This document shows, one piece after another, positions 60,427 through 64,000 of a DNA stretch of 64,000 nt (positions within the stretch are counted from its first letter, which is position 1; each line of letters begins with the position of its first letter). The notes under the pieces were generated by a model. That model searched no databases. It saw only the letters and a program-made list of their open reading frames with translations, and had not been told where the DNA came from. This DNA comes from Chrysemys picta bellii (Eukaryota), in assembly GCF_011386835.1 (NCBI RefSeq), contig NC_088794.1, positions 23,622,001-23,686,000 of the forward strand, given 5' to 3'. Both the position numbers and the translations under genes were made by a program.

Positions 60427-63400
60427 GAGCATTTTAACGTTTCCATTGCCCTCACAGCATCCCATTCAAGCCCCCTGGATACATCTTACATTTGGTAATT
60501 ACCGGCTGCTGTTCCCCCATCTTCACAAATCCTACCTGACTCTCCCTCCCTTTTTCACTGTGGGCTGGATCCTCTACCTCGATACAGCCCCTTTGCACTG
60601 CTTCAGTGGCAAAACATGGGCCATAACTTGGACACATCTTCACAGACAAGGATTTTCTACAATGAAAGAGTGGGGGGCACACCAGCTTTCACAGGAGCCA
60701 GACCCCATTCTCTTCCCCCAAGGTGCAGGCACAGAGGAGGAGCGCAAAGGGGCATGGCCAGAGACGACTGTGCTCCAGCATTCCCCAGCCCGTGCACAAC
60801 CCCTTAAGCCATTACCAGCTAGAGTACTTTAGAGCAGCCTCAAGGCTGCACTAATGGACCCTGGGACCAGTACAGAACCAGCCCCAACCCCATCACTACT
60901 CAGGCAAGGAGAGCCATTGAGCTCAGGGCAAGTAAGCACTGTTCAACATGAGTGAAGGCAGCCGAATTAGCTGTAGACATTAGCAGTGGGAAAGAGCTAT
61001 CTCCTTGTGAGTGCAGGATCATTCCCTGCAGTCTGTTCTCCAGGCCGACTATAAAAGGTCCTCCCTTAGGAGACCATTCCACTGCCTAATACATCAGGCT
61101 GCCGCTCAGCATCATTAGCAGCCCAAATGTCTCCTAAAAGCTCTCAGTGTCTCCTGTGTTTCCTGAGAGAATCAGTCACTCTCAGGAAAGTTGAGTTGAC
61201 GGCAGGTGCATTTTAGGGTGGGGGAGGGGGTTTCTTTCCCCTTTTAATTGCTTTGGTGAAGGCTGATTAGGCGGTGCATGGATCTGATACAGGAGATAGC
61301 CCGGATGCCCTTCATTGGCACAAGGAGCAGGAGAGGGCAGGGGGATAACAAAATGTAACCAGAACAGTGGAGGTTTAATCTTGTGGGCTTTCCTATAAAA
61401 TACAGGGGTCACATCCCCAGCAGGTATAAATCAGCATTAGCCTCCATTCCATTTAATGCAGCAAGGCCAATTAACAACAGCAAAGGATCTGGCCTCAAGG
61501 ACAGAGAGGCCTTTTCCTTTTCAGCTTCCTATTCTCATTGCCCTTCCTTACTGGGCCAAGTAGGGCCCCGATCCAGCAACATGCGGAGCACCTTCAGTCA
61601 CAGCTGTCATCGATACAGGCATCGAGAGGCACTCGGTGCATGGCAAGATTGGGCCTTTGCAGTGCACATGGCATCAAATTCCCCATTTAGAGACAATTCT
61701 GCTTCCAGGTCCAGTGTCTGGTGCATTTCTCTGTGCTCCTTCTCAGCTCCGGACTTCACACAGGGTGTGGTTTGGATGCAGCCAGTTGTCTGGGGCCCCA
61801 TCTCTAATATACACATACATGGATGTCAATGGGAGTTTTGCCTGTGTGAGGACTACAGGATTCCACCCGTATAGTTCTGACAGAACTTGCGTCAGTGGTG
61901 TGTTTTAATGAAGGTTCATAGGGGGTTTGGGTATGGGAAGAAGGGAGAAGCTGCTGATGGCAAGTGCTGTACATTTTAACAGCCACTTTTGCACTGTCGA
62001 TTGTACAGCGCACCTGATAGAACTACCCCATGTGTGTTCACTGCAGGCATGGAGGGGTTCCTTCCTCCAGCAAGAACAAAACGCAAGGTTCATGTTTCAG
62101 GCTGCGGCCGTGAAAGGCAGCCATGTGCCTAGAACTAGCCAGGATTCCTAATGGAATCCAGTCCCAAATGCAAGTGGTTTTCAGCCACAAATTTTCAACT
62201 GCCCAAAACCTAAAGTGTTTCAGGGTTTGTTTTTTCAACTAAACCCACCCAAAAATATGAGCTGAAATCGGCCATTTCCAGGGGGATTTTCCATTTTGAT
62301 GAACAAGCGATTTTTCCATTAAAATTTTTTCCAGTGAAACATTGACCAGCATAACCATTGATGTAAATCAGGGGTAGGTGAAGTCAATGGAGTGAAATCT
62401 GAATCAGGCCCCCAAAGGCTCATTTTTATTGTAGGTGGTTTCGGAGCAGATTTGGAACTCCAGCTATCCACCCTGCCCCACTGAGCAGAAATAGGGAAAC
62501 CCTTTTGAAGTAGGGAATTATACAGACAAAGGGCCAAAATCCTGACATCCTTCAAGGAGATTCTACTCCAGCCTTACTCATTCAAGCTCCTATTGGCTAC
62601 AGCGGGAATTTTGCTTGCGCTAGAATATAGTAAAATCTTGAGTAACAGCTGAGTTGGGATCTGACCCAAGGAAAGAAGAACAGAGCAGTGATTGATTTTG
62701 GAACAGGGACATTGCCACGTAGGGCCATCTCTGTTCTTTGGTCCTGGTTGCAGGGAAGGAGCAAACACTCACAGTTTTGATGCAAAAGCAGGGGTGGGCT
62801 GGGAGTTGTATTTCCATAGAGTGGAACAACATACAGCAGGACAGATGGGCCTAAAGGAAAAACGTGACTGGAGTAACCTCCAGAGGGTGTTCGCTCTGCC
62901 ATCAAAGGAGCTTGCAGCAGTGCCTCTAAACGAAATAAGGAAGGAGGAGATGAAAGACAACAAGGCCATGCATTAAAATGCCAATGTCATCCAGCTCCTC
63001 AGAAGTGAATGCAGCCGCGTCTGATGCAAAGGAAAGCAAGCTCCGCTGGCTGCAGGGGACAGGTGCTTTTCTTCAAATCAAAAGGGCTGTAGCGGGTGTG
63101 CGCACACGCACCCAGCCCTGAATCAAGGGGGCAATTCTGCCTGGAATCCGTAGGCTCTTCCGTTTGGTCTCCAGGGCAGCACGCTTAGAAGATGACATCT
63201 GGACACACGAGAGAGAGTGTCAAACATCCCACAACAGGTCAAGAACAGGTATGGTTTGGGGAAAACCTCTTTTGGGAGAAGGACTGGCCCCTTCTCCTTG
63301 GTGCCAACCCGCATAAAATGCCAGCCAAGTGGGCTGAGCACTGTCTAAAGACGGCCTCTCATAAGGGCCCACAGACACCATGGTGATGAGTTTGGCAGAC

Positions 63401-63566
63401 ACGTCTGTGTTGAGTAAGTTCTACACCGACAGACTGGAACAGGGTCCAAGGTACAAGAGTGGCCTTTTGAGACAAAGTGATAACAGAGGGAGCGTTCTAA
63501 CAGAGCGCGCAACTGCAGTGAGCGATTGGATCCACGTACAATGGGAACAGTACTGGGCAGCACTCA

Positions 63567-63830
63567 GGGTAGGTCTCCCCTGCAATGACTGCAGCTCGCA
63601 TGAGAGCTAGCTCAGCTTTGTCTAGCTAGCTAAAGTATCGCGATCAGTGACGCCACGGCAGGCTTCAGCGTGAGCTCTCCTAGTCCTGGGCCACTGGCTA
63701 GTGACTTGGGTGGCTAGTCTGTGCTGACGCATCGCTGTTCTGGTACCCGAGCTAGGTCAATTCAAGCTAGCTGGGTTATGTGTACACGGTCTGCAAGTAC
63801 ATACCTCCAATTGTTACGTAGACATTACCC
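63567..63830. mobile_element. Harbinger-type MITE, complete
   Basis: Termini gggtaggtctcccctg / gtagacattaccc. 3-bp flank tca on both sides. Internal gctagc palindromic motifs. Confidence 0.8.
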
Positions 63831-64000
63831 TCAGCGATGCTGTGATGGGCGAGGTATAATGCTCTCAACAGAAGCACCCCTAAGTTGGATCCGAACTGTC
63901 TGCTGGATCCAATCAGAGGCTCTTACTGGTGCTTTCTTGCTACGAGTTAGGTTAGTCCAGGCAGTGCAGAGCAGGAAGTGATGGCGAAGGGAATTAAACT

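Overview
This is vertebrate genomic DNA, almost certainly from a turtle (inferred from tortoise-type tRNA-derived SINEs, turtle-like CR1 3' ends, Penelope-like termini and Harbinger/hAT MITEs). The only host coding sequence I can support is one 217-nt exon of GRM4 (metabotropic glutamate receptor 4) on the minus strand at 29407-29623, with canonical splice sites. The flanking coding exons were not found, so the rest of the window is probably two large GRM4 introns (>29 kb and >34 kb). These are packed with repeats: CR1 LINE fragments (one young 2-kb copy with an RT-domain reading frame, one old 3-kb copy), a solo LTR with a 5-bp TSD, several hAT MITEs with 8-bp TSDs, Harbinger-type MITEs, tRNA-SINEs, MIR/L2-tail repeats, an AmnSINE-like element and four Penelope-like fragments. 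I found no clearly novel biological system. The best leads are: (i) Penelope-like insertions carrying minimal hammerhead-ribozyme motifs, one forming a perfect 78-bp hairpin; (ii) a near-consensus REST/NRSF RE1 site in the intron plus an RE1-like site carried by the LTR; (iii) candidate internal promoters or exons of GRM4. Repeat family names come from my recall of consensus sequences, not from a database search. Boundaries without TSD support are approximate.
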